64,000 nucleotides of DNA, taken from assembly GCA_964019335.1 (NCBI GenBank), contig OZ025651.1:310001-374000 (forward strand). The letters are read 5' to 3'. Source of the DNA: Diplonema japonicum (Eukaryota; Protista; Euglenozoa: Diplonemea). This document shows, piece by piece, positions 63,477 through 64,000 of this stretch; the stretch's first letter is position 1, and every line of letters starts with the position of its first letter. The notes beneath the pieces are model-generated. The model ran no database searches. It was not told where the DNA came from and saw only the letters and a list, made by a program, of their open reading frames with translations. The position numbers were made by a program, and so were the translations under genes.

Positions 63477-64000
63477 TCACGGTGCAGGGGGCACGGGGGT
63501 TACCTGAACAGTATCTTGTCCCGCTGTTTCCGGTTTTGCCTCGCTTATGTGTCTCACCTCAGTTTCTTGCATTGCGTTTGCACCCTGCTCGTGGTTTGTG
63601 TTCTGTTCTCGCTCGTGGTCCGCACCTTGCTCATGGTTAGCTTGCTCGTGGTTTTGTTGGGGGTCAGTGTCCAGAGGCTTCAGGCGTTCAACAGACACGT
63701 CCCCTTCGTGCTTCTCGGTATGTTGTTCGGGGTCAGTACTTAAGTCCCCATTACGCCTGGGTTCAAGGACTCCATCTTTCGAGTCAGGATCCCCTATTGA
63801 TTTGGCCGCCGCTTTGCTTTCCAGCGCTATTTCTGGATTCACCATATCAGGTGCAGCAGTGAGCGGGGCTGGAGTTGGTACTCGCGTTGGGGACTGGGTG
63901 AGCAGGGTTTCCTTTTTTTTTTTTTTGGAAAAAAAAAAAAAAAAAAAACACACATACCGGGCTCACTTTTGCTAGCATATGAAACAGCATGAAAAGCACC
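63477..64000 (-). CDS. 3' part of a probable type II membrane protein with NHEQ repeats; intron 63912-63957; start outside the window
   Basis: Hydrophobic VLFMLFHMLAKVSP joins in phase 0 across GTATGT...AAG to ETLLTQSPTRVPTPAP; QNHEQANHEQGADHEREQNTNHEQG repeats follow. Confidence 0.6.

Noticed and set aside
2830-63975. Numerous plus-strand ORFs (e.g. 22380-23690, 15964-16950, 2830-3645)
   Set aside because: They lie antisense to recognisable minus-strand genes and carry no family motifs; shadow ORFs of GC-rich coding DNA.
1-64000. tRNA, rRNA, SL RNA, snRNA genes, CRISPR arrays or prokaryotic defence systems
   Set aside because: None recognised by eye and the DNA is eukaryotic. Divergent small RNAs cannot be excluded without a covariance-model search.

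Overview
Eukaryotic nuclear DNA from a euglenozoan, most likely a diplonemid (inference). Evidence: a trypanosome-type inosine-guanosine nucleoside hydrolase, a kinetoplastid-type glucokinase ending in PTS1, and a strictly one-strand gene array that, unlike kinetoplastids, carries many cis-spliced introns. About 29 protein genes all lie on the minus strand, some only tens of bases apart. They include REV3, a GH3 xylosidase, a GT4 glycosyltransferase, NOP10, an IDH3-like subunit, glucokinase, a PGAP1-like hydrolase, dynein LC8, CstF77, an FCP1/NIF phosphatase, a ZNF451-type PIN protein, a degenerate myosin-like protein and a 2.6-kaa FN3 protein. By manual reconstruction I find 24 tiny GT-AG introns (31-64 nt) that the ORF track does not show. 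Two properties stand out. First, they sit in the last ~0.75 kb of their genes while kilobases of 5' coding sequence are intron-free, the reverse of the usual 5' bias. Second, many are filled with poly(A) right up to the acceptor AG, with no polypyrimidine tract. Two DNA transposons are present: a decayed piggyBac (TTAA, 13-bp TIRs), possibly inside an intron, and a 1.04-kb non-coding TIR element flanked by ATAT. Non-coding DNA is rich in homopolymers of all four bases. No rRNA, tRNA, SL RNA or CRISPR was recognised. Gene models and family calls are by eye and unverified by searches or RNA data.
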